The notes beneath the pieces were generated by a model. It worked only from the letters and a program-made list of their open reading frames with translations. It was not told where the DNA came from and did not search any database. A DNA stretch of 38,444 bases, taken from contig CAYZPG010000002.1 of NCBI GenBank assembly GCA_964480605.1, positions 4,871 through 43,314 on the forward strand, given 5' to 3'. Source of the stretch: an uncultured Candidatus Saccharibacteria bacterium (lineage in GTDB: Bacteria; Patescibacteriota; UBA1384; JACPKC01). The position numbers and the translations under genes were made by a program. Shown in pieces: positions 15,337 through 26,443 of the stretch (positions are counted from its first letter, which is position 1; every line of letters begins with the position of its first letter).

Positions 15337-18159
15337 ATGGCAATCAAACCTTTTTCATTCCCATCAGGCAGTCAGCTTGTCAAATCCGTTCGGCAGCTGC
15401 CAACGCAGCTACGCAACCGCTGGAAGTCGGTTGACAAGAAAAAATTCTGGCGCTCGATCCGCCTTTTGATCGTCGTCGGCATCCTTGCCGTTGCCGGACT
15501 CTTTGCCTGGTACTCGAAGGATCTGCCAACACCAGGCAAGATCCGAGAACGCCAAGCGATCGAGTCGACCAAGATCTTCGACCGCAACGGCGAGTTACTC
15601 TACGAAGTCCACGGGGATGAGAACCGGACTGTCTTGGCCGACCAAGATATCCCCCTCTTCGCGAAGCAAGCCACGATTGCTGCCGAGGACCGTCAGTTCT
15701 ACGAGCACTTTGGCGTTGATTTCCGTGGTCTGGCACGAGCGGTTTTTCTCGATGTGTTTACGGGGCAGCGCGTTGGCGGCTCGACCATTACGCAGCAGTA
15801 CGTAAAGAATGCGCTCCTTACCAATACAAAATCCTTTGACCGCAAGGCGAAGGAGCTCATCCTCGCCCTAGAAATTGAAACGATCTTCTCGAAAGATGAG
15901 ATTCTCGCCCTCTACCTCAATGAGATTCCCTACGGCTCAAGCATCTATGGCATTCAGGCCGCCGCCCAATCCTTCTTTGGCAAGGACGCGAAGGATATTA
16001 CGCTCGAAGAGGCTGCGCTGCTAGCCGCCATTCCGCAGCGCCCCACCTACTTCTCCCCGTACGGCACGCACACCGACGATCTCAAGGCCCGGCGAGACTA
16101 CATCCTACGTACGATGGCTGAACTTGGCTCCATTCCACAAGCCGATGCCGATGCTGCCATTGCAAAGGAAATCGCCGTCGTACCGCAAAAGAGCACGATC
16201 AAGGCGCCACATTTTGTGTTCTACGTCCGCGAACAACTCGTCGAGGAATTTGGCGAACAAATGGTAGAAGAAGGCGGACTGCGTGTCACAACGACGCTCG
16301 ATTTGAAACGCCAGGAGCAGGCCGAAGCAGCGATTGCCGCTGGCATGGACAAAGTTCGGGCCCGTGGTGGCAGCAATGCCGCCCTGGTCGCTGTCTCACC
16401 CACGAACGGGGAAATTATGGCCATGGTGGGTTCGGCCAACTACTTCGATGCCGAGCATGATGGCAACGTCAATGTCACCCTCTCAGATCGCCAGCCTGGC
16501 TCCAGCTTCAAACCCATCGTCTACGCCGCCGCATTTAAAGACAAGTACAATCCCGCCTCAACGATCTGGGATGTTTCGACTGACTTTGGCAAGTACCGCC
16601 CAAACAACTACAGTGGCACGTTCCGGGGCCCAGTTTCGGCCCGATTTGCACTCGCCAACTCCTTAAACATTCCGGCCGTCAAACTCCTTAGCCTTGCCGG
16701 GCTCGACAAGGCGCTCGAAACCGCTCATGCAATGGGCATCACGACGCTCAATCAACCAGAGCGATACGGCCTGGCCTTAGTCCTCGGTGGCGGCGAGGTC
16801 AAGCCGCTTGATATGGCCACCGCCTTCTCGGTTTTTGCTAATGGCGGCACCTATCGCCCGCCGGTGAGCGTACTCAAGGTAGAGACATCGAGCGGCAACA
16901 TGCTGAAAGAACACAAGCCGGGCACGGGCGAGAAAGATGCGCTCGATCCGGCCATTGCGTACCAAATCACCGACATTCTCTCGGACAATACCGCCCGCTC
17001 GGCCGTCTTCGGTCCTCGCTCATCACTCTACTTCCCCAAGTATCGTGTTGCTGCCAAGACTGGCACAACCCAAGAGTTCCACGACGCCTGGACCGTGGGC
17101 TACACACCGGATATTGCCACCGCCGTCTGGGTTGGCAACAACGACAACACGGCTATGAAGAACGCCGACGGCTCGGTGGTCGCGGCACCGATCTTCAATA
17201 CATTCATGACCAGTGCCTTGGATTCGATGGAAAACCATGAGTTCGTCCGACCAGACAGCGTCAAAACCGTCACGGTCGACAAACTTTCGAACAAGCTACC
17301 GACCGACTCCTCCCCCGAGAAGGTCACCGACCTGTTCGCACCCTGGCAGATTCCAAAAACCACCGACGACGTGCACGTAAAAGTCAGAGTCAACAAGCAG
17401 AATGGCAAGCTCGCCACTGAACTGACCCCACAGAGCCTCGTCGAGGAACGAACGTATACCGTGGTCCACTCGGAGCGTCCGGACGTGCCGGCGTGGGAAA
17501 ACCCGGTGCTCGATTGGGCCCGAAGCAACGGCATTGAGGTTGGGACACCACCCACCGACTCGGATGACATGTACACCGATGCCACCATCCCAACTGTCCA
17601 AATTACGGACCCAGACGACGGTGAGACGGTCTCCGGTACCTTCACGGTCAATGCCACAGCCGCTGCCCACTATGGTGTCCAGTCAGTCTCCCTGGAGATC
17701 GACGGGATCGGCCACGGTTCCGACACCAGTGCGCCGTACACCTTCTCCGTTCAGACCTCGTCATTAGGCATTGGCGACCACTCTATGGTGGCAACCGTTC
17801 ACGACGTGAACGGCGCAACGACGAGCCACACCATTCGCATCCGCGTCGAGGGCGACACCACGCCGCCTGACGAGGCGACGAATATCACGGTGCTTCCGCA
17901 GAGCCAGAGCGCGTTCCTGACGTGGCGGAACCCCGACGACAGCGACCTCGAGCGGATCAAGCTCTACGTCTCGACCGTCAAGGATGCCCTTGGCACCCTC
18001 TACCCGACAGATATCATTGTCAATCCCGACACGAGCTCCACGTTCACCGTTACCGGACTGGCGGGCAACGTGAAGTACTACTTCACCCTTCGCCCTACCG
18101 ATTCCTTCGGCAACCAGAATCCGACCACCGACCAAACCTCGGTGACAACGCTGCCGTAG
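15337..18159 (+). CDS. Class A penicillin-binding protein (glycosyltransferase + transpeptidase) with C-terminal Ig-like and FN3 domains
   Basis: GT51 motifs EDRQFYEH, GGSTITQQ and RKAKE. Transpeptidase motifs SSFKP, SLN and KTGTT. N-terminal TM anchor. About 190 C-terminal residues form an Ig-like domain plus an FN3-like domain (LTWRNP...YYFTLRPTDSFGN). Confidence 0.92.
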   Translation: MAIKPFSFPSGSQLVKSVRQLPTQLRNRWKSVDKKKFWRSIRLLIVVGILAVAGLFAWYSKDLPTPGKIRERQAIESTKIFDRNGELLYEVHGDENRTVLADQDIPLFAKQATIAAEDRQFYEHFGVDFRGLARAVFLDVFTGQRVGGSTITQQYVKNALLTNTKSFDRKAKELILALEIETIFSKDEILALYLNEIPYGSSIYGIQAAAQSFFGKDAKDITLEEAALLAAIPQRPTYFSPYGTHTDDLKARRDYILRTMAELGSIPQADADAAIAKEIAVVPQKSTIKAPHFVFYVREQLVEEFGEQMVEEGGLRVTTTLDLKRQEQAEAAIAAGMDKVRARGGSNAALVAVSPTNGEIMAMVGSANYFDAEHDGNVNVTLSDRQPGSSFKPIVYAAAFKDKYNPASTIWDVSTDFGKYRPNNYSGTFRGPVSARFALANSLNIPAVKLLSLAGLDKALETAHAMGITTLNQPERYGLALVLGGGEVKPLDMATAFSVFANGGTYRPPVSVLKVETSSGNMLKEHKPGTGEKDALDPAIAYQITDILSDNTARSAVFGPRSSLYFPKYRVAAKTGTTQEFHDAWTVGYTPDIATAVWVGNNDNTAMKNADGSVVAAPIFNTFMTSALDSMENHEFVRPDSVKTVTVDKLSNKLPTDSSPEKVTDLFAPWQIPKTTDDVHVKVRVNKQNGKLATELTPQSLVEERTYTVVHSERPDVPAWENPVLDWARSNGIEVGTPPTDSDDMYTDATIPTVQITDPDDGETVSGTFTVNATAAAHYGVQSVSLEIDGIGHGSDTSAPYTFSVQTSSLGIGDHSMVATVHDVNGATTSHTIRIRVEGDTTPPDEATNITVLPQSQSAFLTWRNPDDSDLERIKLYVSTVKDALGTLYPTDIIVNPDTSSTFTVTGLAGNVKYYFTLRPTDSFGNQNPTTDQTSVTTLP

Positions 18160-18161
18160 CC

Positions 18162-19484
18162 CTACTTCGCGGAACCGACGACCTGCTGCAGCACTGCGCC
18201 TACGTCCGTGCCCGTCATGAGTTCAAAGCCGAACCGCTCGGCCTCTTTTTTCCGGCGCTCCGCGAAACGCACTCGCCGCAACTCGCCCGTTAGCCCGATC
18301 TCACCAATGAAGACCTGCTTTGGATCAATCGCCTTGTTTTTGAGTGAGGATGCGATGGCAACAGCCATCGCCAAGTCGATAGCCGGCTCAACCGCCTTGA
18401 GGCCACCGACAACATTCACGAAGACATCGTGCTCGGCGAGTTTAAGGCCCACGCGTCGCTCCAATACCGCGAGTACTAACTCGAGCCGGTTCGTATCAAT
18501 CCCAATCGCTCGTCGCTTCGCGTAGCCAAACTTCGTGGCCGTGGTAAGCGCCTGGACCTCAATCAAGAATGGCCGCATTCCCTCAAGCACACAGGTGAGC
18601 ACCGAGCCGGGCAAGTTGGTCGTTCGCTCCGACAGGAACCGGGCCGAGGGGTTGGCCACCGTCTCAAGGCCCGACTCCTTCATCTGGAAGACGCCAATCT
18701 CATCCGTTGGCCCGAACCGGTTCTTGACCCCGCGGAGCATCCGCAGTACGTGGTAGCGGTCTCCCTCAAGGTACAGCACGACGTCCACAAGGTGCTCAAG
18801 GGTCCGTGGGCCAGCCAGCGTCCCCTCTTTCGTCACGTGACTCGAGATAATGAGCGCTACCTGCTCGCGCTTGGCAAACTCCACCAGCTTGAGAGCGGTT
18901 TCGCGGACTTGGACCAGACTCCCCGGGGTCGACGGCAAGGCGGGGTCGTAGATGGTTTGGATCGAGTCGATAATGACGAGCTTCGGCTTCGGCTCCATCG
19001 CCAGCACTTCGAGGATGTGGTCGAGGTTGGTCAACGAGGCGACCGAAAACTGCTCGCTCGTCACACCCAAACGCCGGGCCCGGTCCGTCACTTGCTGGAC
19101 CGATTCTTCGCCTGACAGGTACCGGACCGGTACGTGCGTCGCAACCGCCTGGCCGATACCCAACAGCAGGGTTGATTTCCCAATCCCCGGCTCGCCAGCC
19201 AACAGAATAACGCTCCCCGGCACAACCCCTGCGCCCAGCACCCGGTCTACCTCTGGCATCGATGGGATTCGTTCGAGCGCACCGGCATCGTTCGCTTGGT
19301 CAAGCGTTACCAGGCTTGGCGCCGCCGCCAACGGCAGCTTCCTCGCCGTTGAAGATCCAGCCTTGGCATCACCTCGAAACTCCTTGATGGAATTCCACGT
19401 TCCACAGACCGAACACTTCCCTTCCCATTGGGCAGTCTCATTACCACACTCAGTACAGACGTAGACGGTCGCTGCTTTCGCCAT
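18162..19484 (-). CDS. radA: DNA repair protein RadA
   Basis: N-terminal zinc ribbon CTECG...CSVCG, Walker [24 protein letters not shown] (KNRFG motif) and a Lon-like C-terminal domain. Confidence 0.95.
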   Translation of the reverse strand: MAKAATVYVCTECGNETAQWEGKCSVCGTWNSIKEFRGDAKAGSSTARKLPLAAAPSLVTLDQANDAGALERIPSMPEVDRVLGAGVVPGSVILLAGEPGIGKSTLLLGIGQAVATHVPVRYLSGEESVQQVTDRARRLGVTSEQFSVASLTNLDHILEVLAMEPKPKLVIIDSIQTIYDPALPSTPGSLVQVRETALKLVEFAKREQVALIISSHVTKEGTLAGPRTLEHLVDVVLYLEGDRYHVLRMLRGVKNRFGPTDEIGVFQMKESGLETVANPSARFLSERTTNLPGSVLTCVLEGMRPFLIEVQALTTATKFGYAKRRAIGIDTNRLELVLAVLERRVGLKLAEHDVFVNVVGGLKAVEPAIDLAMAVAIASSLKNKAIDPKQVFIGEIGLTGELRRVRFAERRKKEAERFGFELMTGTDVGAVLQQVVGSAK

Positions 19485-19537
19485 AGTCGTATCCTAGCAT
19501 AGCCGCCCGATACGATAGACTGTGCAGAGGAGGATCA

Positions 19538-20065
19538 ATGTCACGAAACCTTGGCATCATTGCGCTGACCGCTCTTGTCGCGAGCGGTGTCACGTATCAA
19601 GCGACCAGCAACGCACTGCGTCACAACCGGCCGCTGACACTCACAGAGCAGCTGGCGCAGAACGAACTTACTGATGAACACGAGATGCTGTTGAAGGATA
19701 TAGTAGAGCCCTCATTCGGCGCGATTACACTCACCGGCGTCGCACAAACGAACCACTGCGGTGCGAGCGAACAAGGCTGCTTAGGGTATGGCACGCAGAT
19801 GCTTACCGAGGAAGAGTTGAGTATCTACACCGGCCGGAACGAGCACATCTCGATCCTAAGCTACACCACAGACCAGCCAATCACCAGTGAGCAACTTGCA
19901 ACGCTCAAGGAGAAGATTGGTACGCGCCCCTACCGCCTGATCGACCCTGCGACACCACTCTCAGGCACCGCTGACGATGGCGTCGCCTCACTCTTCAGTT
20001 TTTCCGTGATCGCCAACCCAGGCGAAACACAGGTCATTGTGGTACTACAATCTTCGTCCGACTAG
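19538..20065 (+). CDS. Hypothetical signal-anchored/secreted protein (175 aa)
   Basis: GAGGAGGA lies upstream of the ATG. The N-terminus has a hydrophobic helix ([14 protein letters not shown]). I recognise no family motif. Its stop shares the CTAG tetranucleotide with the sodA stop. Confidence 0.6.
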   Translation: MSRNLGIIALTALVASGVTYQATSNALRHNRPLTLTEQLAQNELTDEHEMLLKDIVEPSFGAITLTGVAQTNHCGASEQGCLGYGTQMLTEEELSIYTGRNEHISILSYTTDQPITSEQLATLKEKIGTRPYRLIDPATPLSGTADDGVASLFSFSVIANPGETQVIVVLQSSSD

Positions 20066-20664
20066 CCGAATAACTCACTCACCTTCGTCCAGTTGACCAG
20101 CTGCCACCAGGCGTCGATGTACTCTTTACGGCGGTTCTGGTACTTGAGGTAGTAAGCATGCTCCCACACGTCGAGCCCGAGGATGGGGGCGTGGCCGGCC
20201 ATGAGCGGGCTGTCCTGGAGTGGCTTGGCGTACAGGACGAGCTTCCCGGTTTCATCCTTGACGAGCCAGGCCCAACCGCTGCCAAAGATACCGATAGCCA
20301 TCTCAGAAAACTGCGCTTTGAACGCATCCATGCTCCCAAATGAGGCGCCGATGGCCGTCGTCAGCTCGGCCGACGGTTCCCCGCCTTGGCCTGCCGGTGC
20401 CATGATCTGCCAGAAGAAGGAGTGGTTGGCATGGCCGCCGCCGTGATTGCGGACAGCGGTCCGAATTTCCTCGGGTACCTCGTCGATCCGACGCAGCAGC
20501 TCCTCGATCGTCTCTGGTGCATGCCCCTCGTGGCCCTGTAGCGCAGCATTCAACTTGTCGACGTACGCCTGGTGGTGCTTCGCATGGTGCAGTTCCATGG
20601 TTTGCGCATCAATCACAGGCTCAAGCGCATCGTATGCATACGGGAGCTGTGGCAACTCATGCAT
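20062..20664 (-). CDS. sodA: Superoxide dismutase, Mn-type by signature
   Basis: [26 protein letters not shown] (the Mn-type GGH.NHS pattern rather than the Fe-type AAQ..NH), QDSPLM and [12 protein letters not shown]. Confidence 0.9.
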   Translation of the reverse strand: MHELPQLPYAYDALEPVIDAQTMELHHAKHHQAYVDKLNAALQGHEGHAPETIEELLRRIDEVPEEIRTAVRNHGGGHANHSFFWQIMAPAGQGGEPSAELTTAIGASFGSMDAFKAQFSEMAIGIFGSGWAWLVKDETGKLVLYAKPLQDSPLMAGHAPILGLDVWEHAYYLKYQNRRKEYIDAWWQLVNWTKVSELFG

Positions 20665-22393
20665 GGGTATCTCCTTTCGCTGGGACTACTCCCTGTAGTA
20701 TCCCCGCTTCTACAAGTTCTGCAACCGGCTTCAAGTCATCCATCATGAGCTGGACAACTTGGTGGCCGTTCCACGAATTAAATTCAAGCGAGCCCAGCAC
20801 GCCCACCGTCGCCCCAACCGGACAGTGCTCGGCCAGATGGCTACAGCTGAAGCCGATCGCCTCCAAACCGTTCGTAAAGCGCAGCTTGACGTGCTGCTTG
20901 TTCGCACCAACCAGGCGGCAGTCGGCGACAACGAGCGGCGCCACAATGAAGCGGGGTTTGGGGTTGGCTTTCCCAAAGGGTGCAAACCGAAGGACCGTAG
21001 TAACGAGCTCGTCTGTCACTTGCGTAGGATCAAGGAGTAAGTCAGCGACTGCTCGCCTGACCAACTGCTCGGGCGTCAAATTCGCATCGGCGTACGCCAC
21101 CAATTGTTCGGCAAAAGCCGGCAGTTGTTCAACCTTGAGCTGCAACCCCGCCGCCGCCTCGTGGCCGCCGTAGGTGATGAGCAGGGACTGACAGGCATCG
21201 ATGCCGGCTAAGAGATTAAAGCCCTCAATACTGCGCCCTGAGCCCTTGGCAATACCGTCGTGAATCCCAAGGAGAACCGTCGGGCGGTGGTAGCGCTCGG
21301 CAATCCGACCAGCAGCAAGCCCAATCACACCAAGCGGCCAGCTCTCCCCAGCAAGCACGATCGCCGGTTTACTGGCCAGTTGTTCAGCCTCAACCCGAGC
21401 AAGTGCTGCCTTCACCACGCCATCCAACTGCTCTTGGCGCTCACGGTTCTGCACCTCGGCTTGGGTGGCCAAATCCTGCGCCCGCTGCTCATCCTCGGTG
21501 AGGAGCAACTCAAGCGCCACCGAGGCATGGTCGATGCGTCCCGGTGCATTAATCCGTGGTCCGATCTGGTAGCCAATCGTCCGCTCGGTGACATCATCAA
21601 TCGCAATGCCGCTGGCACGGTACATGGCCTGCAACCCCTTGTTGCGCGTTTGCATGAGTACCTTGAGGCCGTAGTGGGCAATCATCCGGTTCTCATCAAC
21701 CAAGGGCACCATGTCGCAGACCGTACTGATCGCCGGCAGCTCAAGCCACCACTTCAGCTGCGACGCCGTCGGCGTCCCGGTCCGTGCGGCCAAGGCTTGG
21801 CAGAGCTTCCACGCTACGCCGCCGCCAGCCAATCCAGCGAACGGGTACTGTGATCCAGGTAAGGCTGGATGGACCACGGCAACGGCATCGGTGGGCACGC
21901 GATCTGGATCGACGTGGTGGTGGTCGGTCACGATCACATCGATCCCCAACTGCTTGGCCGCCGCTACTTCTGCGCGGCCCGTAATCCCGAGGTCGACCGT
22001 AATCACCAAGGTCACGCCTTGCTCTTTCAGATATTCGAGCGCCGGCTGGTTGAGGCCATACCCCTCCTTCTCGCGGTCTGGAATGTAGGAGCGGGCCATT
22101 GCGCCATTGGCGAGCAACGTTTTCATGAGTACGGCCGTACCCGGAATGCCATCGGCATCGTAGTCACCGTAGACGCAGACCGATTCGTTCGCCGTGATTG
22201 CTTGCTGCATCCGATCCAGTGCTGGCACGATCTGTGGCAGCAAGAGCGGATCATGGCTGTCCCGGTTGTAGTCCGGAGAGAAAAATCGCTCGGAGTCAGT
22301 GATTTCTCGATACAACAGGAGCTGCGTCACCACGTCATCATGTGTGCGCGGACGCAACTCCCATCGCTGGCTACGCTGGCCGGTGTTCCCCAT
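20657..22393 (-). CDS. recJ: Single-stranded-DNA-specific exonuclease RecJ
   Basis: DHH-family motifs [18 protein letters not shown] and VTDHHH, with a DHHA1-type GGHEAAAG. 578 aa. Its stop overlaps the sodA start by 8 nt. Confidence 0.92.
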   Translation of the reverse strand: MGNTGQRSQRWELRPRTHDDVVTQLLLYREITDSERFFSPDYNRDSHDPLLLPQIVPALDRMQQAITANESVCVYGDYDADGIPGTAVLMKTLLANGAMARSYIPDREKEGYGLNQPALEYLKEQGVTLVITVDLGITGRAEVAAAKQLGIDVIVTDHHHVDPDRVPTDAVAVVHPALPGSQYPFAGLAGGGVAWKLCQALAARTGTPTASQLKWWLELPAISTVCDMVPLVDENRMIAHYGLKVLMQTRNKGLQAMYRASGIAIDDVTERTIGYQIGPRINAPGRIDHASVALELLLTEDEQRAQDLATQAEVQNRERQEQLDGVVKAALARVEAEQLASKPAIVLAGESWPLGVIGLAAGRIAERYHRPTVLLGIHDGIAKGSGRSIEGFNLLAGIDACQSLLITYGGHEAAAGLQLKVEQLPAFAEQLVAYADANLTPEQLVRRAVADLLLDPTQVTDELVTTVLRFAPFGKANPKPRFIVAPLVVADCRLVGANKQHVKLRFTNGLEAIGFSCSHLAEHCPVGATVGVLGSLEFNSWNGHQVVQLMMDDLKPVAELVEAGILQGVVPAKGDTHA

Positions 22394-22419
22394 TCGCGCA
22401 GTGTATCATACGAAAAATA

Positions 22420-23211
22420 TTAGGAATCAAGCCGACGTTGCTTGTCCCGTAGTACGTCAGAATTGTCGATACCATCGCCGTGCAAGTCCTCAATCGTACC
22501 AGTTGTCTCAGCTCCGGATGCAGTGCCCCGAGCTGTTGCTGACATCGTCATCGATGACGCAGAACGCTCACTGGTCAAAGCCTCCTCGGGCAGCGGCGCT
22601 GGCGTGAGCGTGACGTCCGGCGCAGCCGTGTCAGCCATCCCTGTTTGCCGCTTCAATTGCTTCAGGAGTGCCCGCGTGACCTGCTTGCCATTCTGGGCGG
22701 CGGCAGCAAGCCCACGCAGCTGCTCACGACGAGCCGTTGGATTGTCGATATTTGTCAGGACTATTTCCTCCTGTGGACCCCCAGCTGTATTGATCGCCAA
22801 CGTCCCAGTATTCAACACCAGGTGGCTGATTGGATCTTGGCGCACAATCAGGTCAGTCAGATGCTTGTACTCCGCACTCACCGTATGCTGCGACAAGAAG
22901 CCGACCGACTCGATCACCCGCTCAGTGGTGAAGTAGTAACGGTATGCCACACGGAAAAACAATCCGAGAGCGATCAGGTATGCCCCGGTCAGCACGATCG
23001 CACCGACTGCGACCGTCACCACCAGCGGACCGAAGACGCCGAGCTGCGTCGCAATCAGCTCCAGTTGCTCACTCCACGCAACACGGATCACGAGTCCCGC
23101 ACCGATAATCAAGCTGCCAATAATCCCGAGGAGGATCGTGTACTTGACCGAGACGCCAAACTCATCGATGACTTCTTCCTGCGGACGGAGACTGCCAGGT
23201 GGCTGATGCAT
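22420..23211 (-). CDS. Membrane protein with bacterial PH domain (YdbS/YdbT-like)
   Basis: Two TM helices are followed by YYFTTERVIESVGFLSQHTVSAEYKHLTDLIVRQDPISHLVLNTGTLAINTAG, which is the bPH_2 pattern. The C-terminal tail is low-complexity. Confidence 0.7.
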   Translation of the reverse strand: MHQPPGSLRPQEEVIDEFGVSVKYTILLGIIGSLIIGAGLVIRVAWSEQLELIATQLGVFGPLVVTVAVGAIVLTGAYLIALGLFFRVAYRYYFTTERVIESVGFLSQHTVSAEYKHLTDLIVRQDPISHLVLNTGTLAINTAGGPQEEIVLTNIDNPTARREQLRGLAAAAQNGKQVTRALLKQLKRQTGMADTAAPDVTLTPAPLPEEALTSERSASSMTMSATARGTASGAETTGTIEDLHGDGIDNSDVLRDKQRRLDS

Positions 23212-23224
23212 AGCCGTATCCTAC

Positions 23225-24085
23225 CTACTTGAAGTACGCACGACCAGGGATACGCAAATCGACGTACTCATGGATATCGTCGTGAAAATGCTCAAATACC
23301 TGCTGGAGCGAATCGAGCTGTGGCTGTGGCGGCCGTGTGGTATCCAGCACCGCCTTCCAACCGCTCTTCGTAACGAGGGTGATTTCAAAACTGGTCTGAC
23401 CAAGCTCGAAGTGGTCAAGGCCAATCGGGAATTGGTCAACAAAGGCAGTGGCCGTATCGTGAATGAATGTAACGAACTGGCGGCTCATCACCTTCTTCCC
23501 AGGCACCACCGGCTCGGATTGCAGGTCCACCACCCGTGGAAGGGTGGCAACCTCCTCGTCCATGCCAGCGCCGGGCGCATACTGAAACACAATGCCGTCC
23601 TCGTCGAGCAAGTATGCCTCGCTGCCTCGCTCCCAACGGATCACGGGGTCACGAAGCGTCACGCCGATGCGGAGCGTCTGTGGCAAACCCTTGGCAATCG
23701 TCAGCGTCTCGATCGATGATTGTGCCGCCTTGAGACGGCTCGTCATACCACCACTTGAGTAGGTGAGAATATTCGTTCCTCGCAGCCCCTCAATCTCCGC
23801 CTGTACTGCCTCATTCACCGAGCCGACAATTTCAATTTGCTGGATCTTAAACGTCGCCGAGCCGAAGATGAGCCAGCCGACGCCACCTGCGACCATGCCC
23901 GCCACCAACACAAGCCAAACCCACCGAGGAATATCTACCCGGAACGGCGCATTGTTTGCCGGAGTCTGCCGATGGATCTTTGGGTTCTGGTACTGAGAAC
24001 GGCCGACACCCGTCATTCTCCCAGGCGCATACACGGGCTGCGTCTTAAGCGTTGTTGCCCCCCTGCCAAATCGCCTATGCGACAT
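23225..24085 (-). CDS. ftsQ: Cell division protein FtsQ/DivIB (POTRA domain)
   Basis: Basic N-terminal tail, one TM helix (WVWLVLVAGMVAGGVGWLIF), then a POTRA-like segment FKIQQIEIVGSVNEAVQAEIEGLRGTNIL. Positioned after murC in the dcw cluster. Confidence 0.8.
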   Translation of the reverse strand: MSHRRFGRGATTLKTQPVYAPGRMTGVGRSQYQNPKIHRQTPANNAPFRVDIPRWVWLVLVAGMVAGGVGWLIFGSATFKIQQIEIVGSVNEAVQAEIEGLRGTNILTYSSGGMTSRLKAAQSSIETLTIAKGLPQTLRIGVTLRDPVIRWERGSEAYLLDEDGIVFQYAPGAGMDEEVATLPRVVDLQSEPVVPGKKVMSRQFVTFIHDTATAFVDQFPIGLDHFELGQTSFEITLVTKSGWKAVLDTTRPPQPQLDSLQQVFEHFHDDIHEYVDLRIPGRAYFK

Positions 24086-25352
24086 CGGAGCCCGCTACAA
24101 AACGGCGGCCAACGTTCGTAATCGCCGTCGCGCCAATCGTGAGGAAGACATCACCCGGCTGCAGCTCCCTATCAAGGCTTGCCGAGAGCTGGTCAAGACT
24201 GCCGACGAAGCTACAGTCCTTCTGCCGAGCCGTAATCGCCGCAACCAACGTCCTGGGATCAACGTGCGCTGCTTCGTCCCTGCCGGGCACAGCATACACG
24301 TCCGTAATCAGAATACGGTCTGCCTGGTCGAACGAAGCGGCGAAGTCATCGAAGAGCGCCTGCAGCCTAGCGTGTTGGTGTGGCTGATAGGCAACCACAA
24401 GGCGACGCGTGGGATATTGTTCCCGAATGGCCTGGATCGAGGCCCGGAGCTCGGTTGGATGGTGGCCGTAGTCATCAATCACCGTCACGCCGCCTCGCTC
24501 ACCTACGAGCTCCAAGCGTCGGGCGGCGCCTCGGAACTGCTGCAGTGCCGCCTCGGACACACTCCGCTCAATGCCGACCGCATCAGCTACTGCCAAGGCC
24601 GCCAGGGCATTCAGCCGATTGTGCATGCCCGGCACGACCAGCGCAGGTACCTGGGACAGCTGGTAGCGTGGTGCCGATGAGCCGTATGGCACGACCGTGA
24701 GATCAGTGCGTCCAAGATCGTCGAGCAATCGCCGCACTGACACGCCTTCCACGCACGCGACCAGCGTCGCACCTGGCCGCATGCCCTGCACAAACTGCCG
24801 GAATGTCGCCTCAACGGCTGCTAGGTCGTGATAGATGTCGGGGTGCTCAAACTCGATGTTAGTAATCACCGCCACCGATGGTGAGAGCAGGAGTAGTTTG
24901 CGCTCGTACTCATCCGCCTCCACAACCCAGCACTCTGGATCACCCGCGCGGTACCCACGACCATCCCAAGCCAGCACTGGAGCGCCTATGTAGACCGTAG
25001 GATTCCTACCCGCTGCCTCGAAAATCTGCCCGACCATTGCCGTGGTCGTCGACTTGCCGTGCGTTCCGGCGATCGCCACCAACGTCGAGGCGTCCTTCGT
25101 CAGTTCCTGCAACAACTCGTCAGCGCGGAGCGCGGGTATGCCCGCAGCGTGCGCCGCCTCAACCTCTACCCACCCAGGCGAACCCGGTCGAACCGCTGGC
25201 GAGTACACAACCCGGTCCATGCCCACCACGTGCGACGCAGCATGCCCAGTCTCGGCCAGATCCGACCCAGCCACGTCGTGCCCCTGTGCTTTGACTAACT
25301 CCGACAGTCCCTGTACGCCCGAACCCCGGATACCGACGAAATGATATCGCAT
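24075..25352 (-). CDS. murC: UDP-N-acetylmuramate--L-alanine ligase
   Basis: MRYHFVGIRGSGVQGLSE N-terminus, P-loop IAGTHGKSTTTAM, DDYGHHPTE. dcw context. Confidence 0.92.
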   Translation of the reverse strand: MRYHFVGIRGSGVQGLSELVKAQGHDVAGSDLAETGHAASHVVGMDRVVYSPAVRPGSPGWVEVEAAHAAGIPALRADELLQELTKDASTLVAIAGTHGKSTTTAMVGQIFEAAGRNPTVYIGAPVLAWDGRGYRAGDPECWVVEADEYERKLLLLSPSVAVITNIEFEHPDIYHDLAAVEATFRQFVQGMRPGATLVACVEGVSVRRLLDDLGRTDLTVVPYGSSAPRYQLSQVPALVVPGMHNRLNALAALAVADAVGIERSVSEAALQQFRGAARRLELVGERGGVTVIDDYGHHPTELRASIQAIREQYPTRRLVVAYQPHQHARLQALFDDFAASFDQADRILITDVYAVPGRDEAAHVDPRTLVAAITARQKDCSFVGSLDQLSASLDRELQPGDVFLTIGATAITNVGRRFVAGSDVA

Positions 25353-25354
25353 CC

Positions 25355-26443
25355 CTATTTCCTATCTGCTGCTGCGAGCACGAGCTTGGCAATCACACTC
25401 GCAGCATCCCGGCGAGCGAACTGGCGAACGTTGGTGCCAAGCGCTGCCCGGCGACGGGAATCCCGTACGAGATCGGTAATCGTGGCAAGCAGGGTTTCAG
25501 CTGTCAGCGTGGTTTGCTCGAGCACAACTGCTGCGGCCTGCTCCGCAAAGATGGCTGCGTTCTCGCGCTGGTGGTCGTTGGCCGCCGTCGGCAGTGGAAT
25601 CAGAATGCTCGGTTTCCCCATCGCAGCCAACTCAAAAATCGTGCCGCCCGCCCGTGACACCACAAGGTCAGCCTGGCCGACAAGTTTGTAAAACTCCGAG
25701 GTGTAACTGACTGGCTCGTAGTACCGGCTCTGTGTGCTCGACCGAAGTGATTGGTAGTCGTTCGGACCTGTCACATGAATGACCCGGTACCGGTCGAGTA
25801 GCGAGGGCAGAATCGCCTGAACCAGCATGTTGATGGCGCGAGCCCCCTGCATGCTCCCAGTCACAAGGATGGTTGCCCGATCATGCGCCTTGCGCGGTAC
25901 GGGCGTTGCAAAAAACTCATCTCGAACCGGCTGACCCGTGAAGACAATTTTGTGATCTGTCTTCTGCGTCAAAAACACTGGCCGGGGAAAGCTGACAGCG
26001 ATCTTCGAAGCAAATGGCGCAATCAGACGATTTGCCAGACCCATGCTGGCATCTGTCTCGTGGAGAATGATCGGAATGCGTAGCCACCACGCAGCCAAGG
26101 CTACGGGAATGCAAACGTAGCCGCCTTTGCAAAACACTACAGCGGGCTGCAAGCGTCGAAGTGCGACCAAGGCCTCAAAGGTCCCGCGGAGGATGGCAAT
26201 CGGCAGAATAATCGTGCGAAAGCTCCAGTAGCGACGAAGCTTCTCGGCCGTAATTTCGATGACCTCGAGTGGTCGTGGCAACGCGATCGAATCAATGATC
26301 GCCCGCTCTTTGCCTCCAGACTGGCCGATGTAGGCGATCGTCAAATCCGGTCGAAGAGCCCACAGCTCTTTCACCACAGCCAGGGTGGGATAGACGTGGC
26401 CGGCCGTGCCGCCGCCAGCGACGACAACGGTGGTAGTACTCAT
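25355..26443 (-). CDS. murG: Undecaprenyldiphospho-muramoylpentapeptide beta-N-acetylglucosaminyltransferase
   Basis: VVAGGGTAGHVYP N-terminus. GT28 C-terminal segment VVSRAGGTIFELAAMGKPSILIP...DHQRENA. Confidence 0.92.
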   Translation of the reverse strand: MSTTTVVVAGGGTAGHVYPTLAVVKELWALRPDLTIAYIGQSGGKERAIIDSIALPRPLEVIEITAEKLRRYWSFRTIILPIAILRGTFEALVALRRLQPAVVFCKGGYVCIPVALAAWWLRIPIILHETDASMGLANRLIAPFASKIAVSFPRPVFLTQKTDHKIVFTGQPVRDEFFATPVPRKAHDRATILVTGSMQGARAINMLVQAILPSLLDRYRVIHVTGPNDYQSLRSSTQSRYYEPVSYTSEFYKLVGQADLVVSRAGGTIFELAAMGKPSILIPLPTAANDHQRENAAIFAEQAAAVVLEQTTLTAETLLATITDLVRDSRRRAALGTNVRQFARRDAASVIAKLVLAAADRK

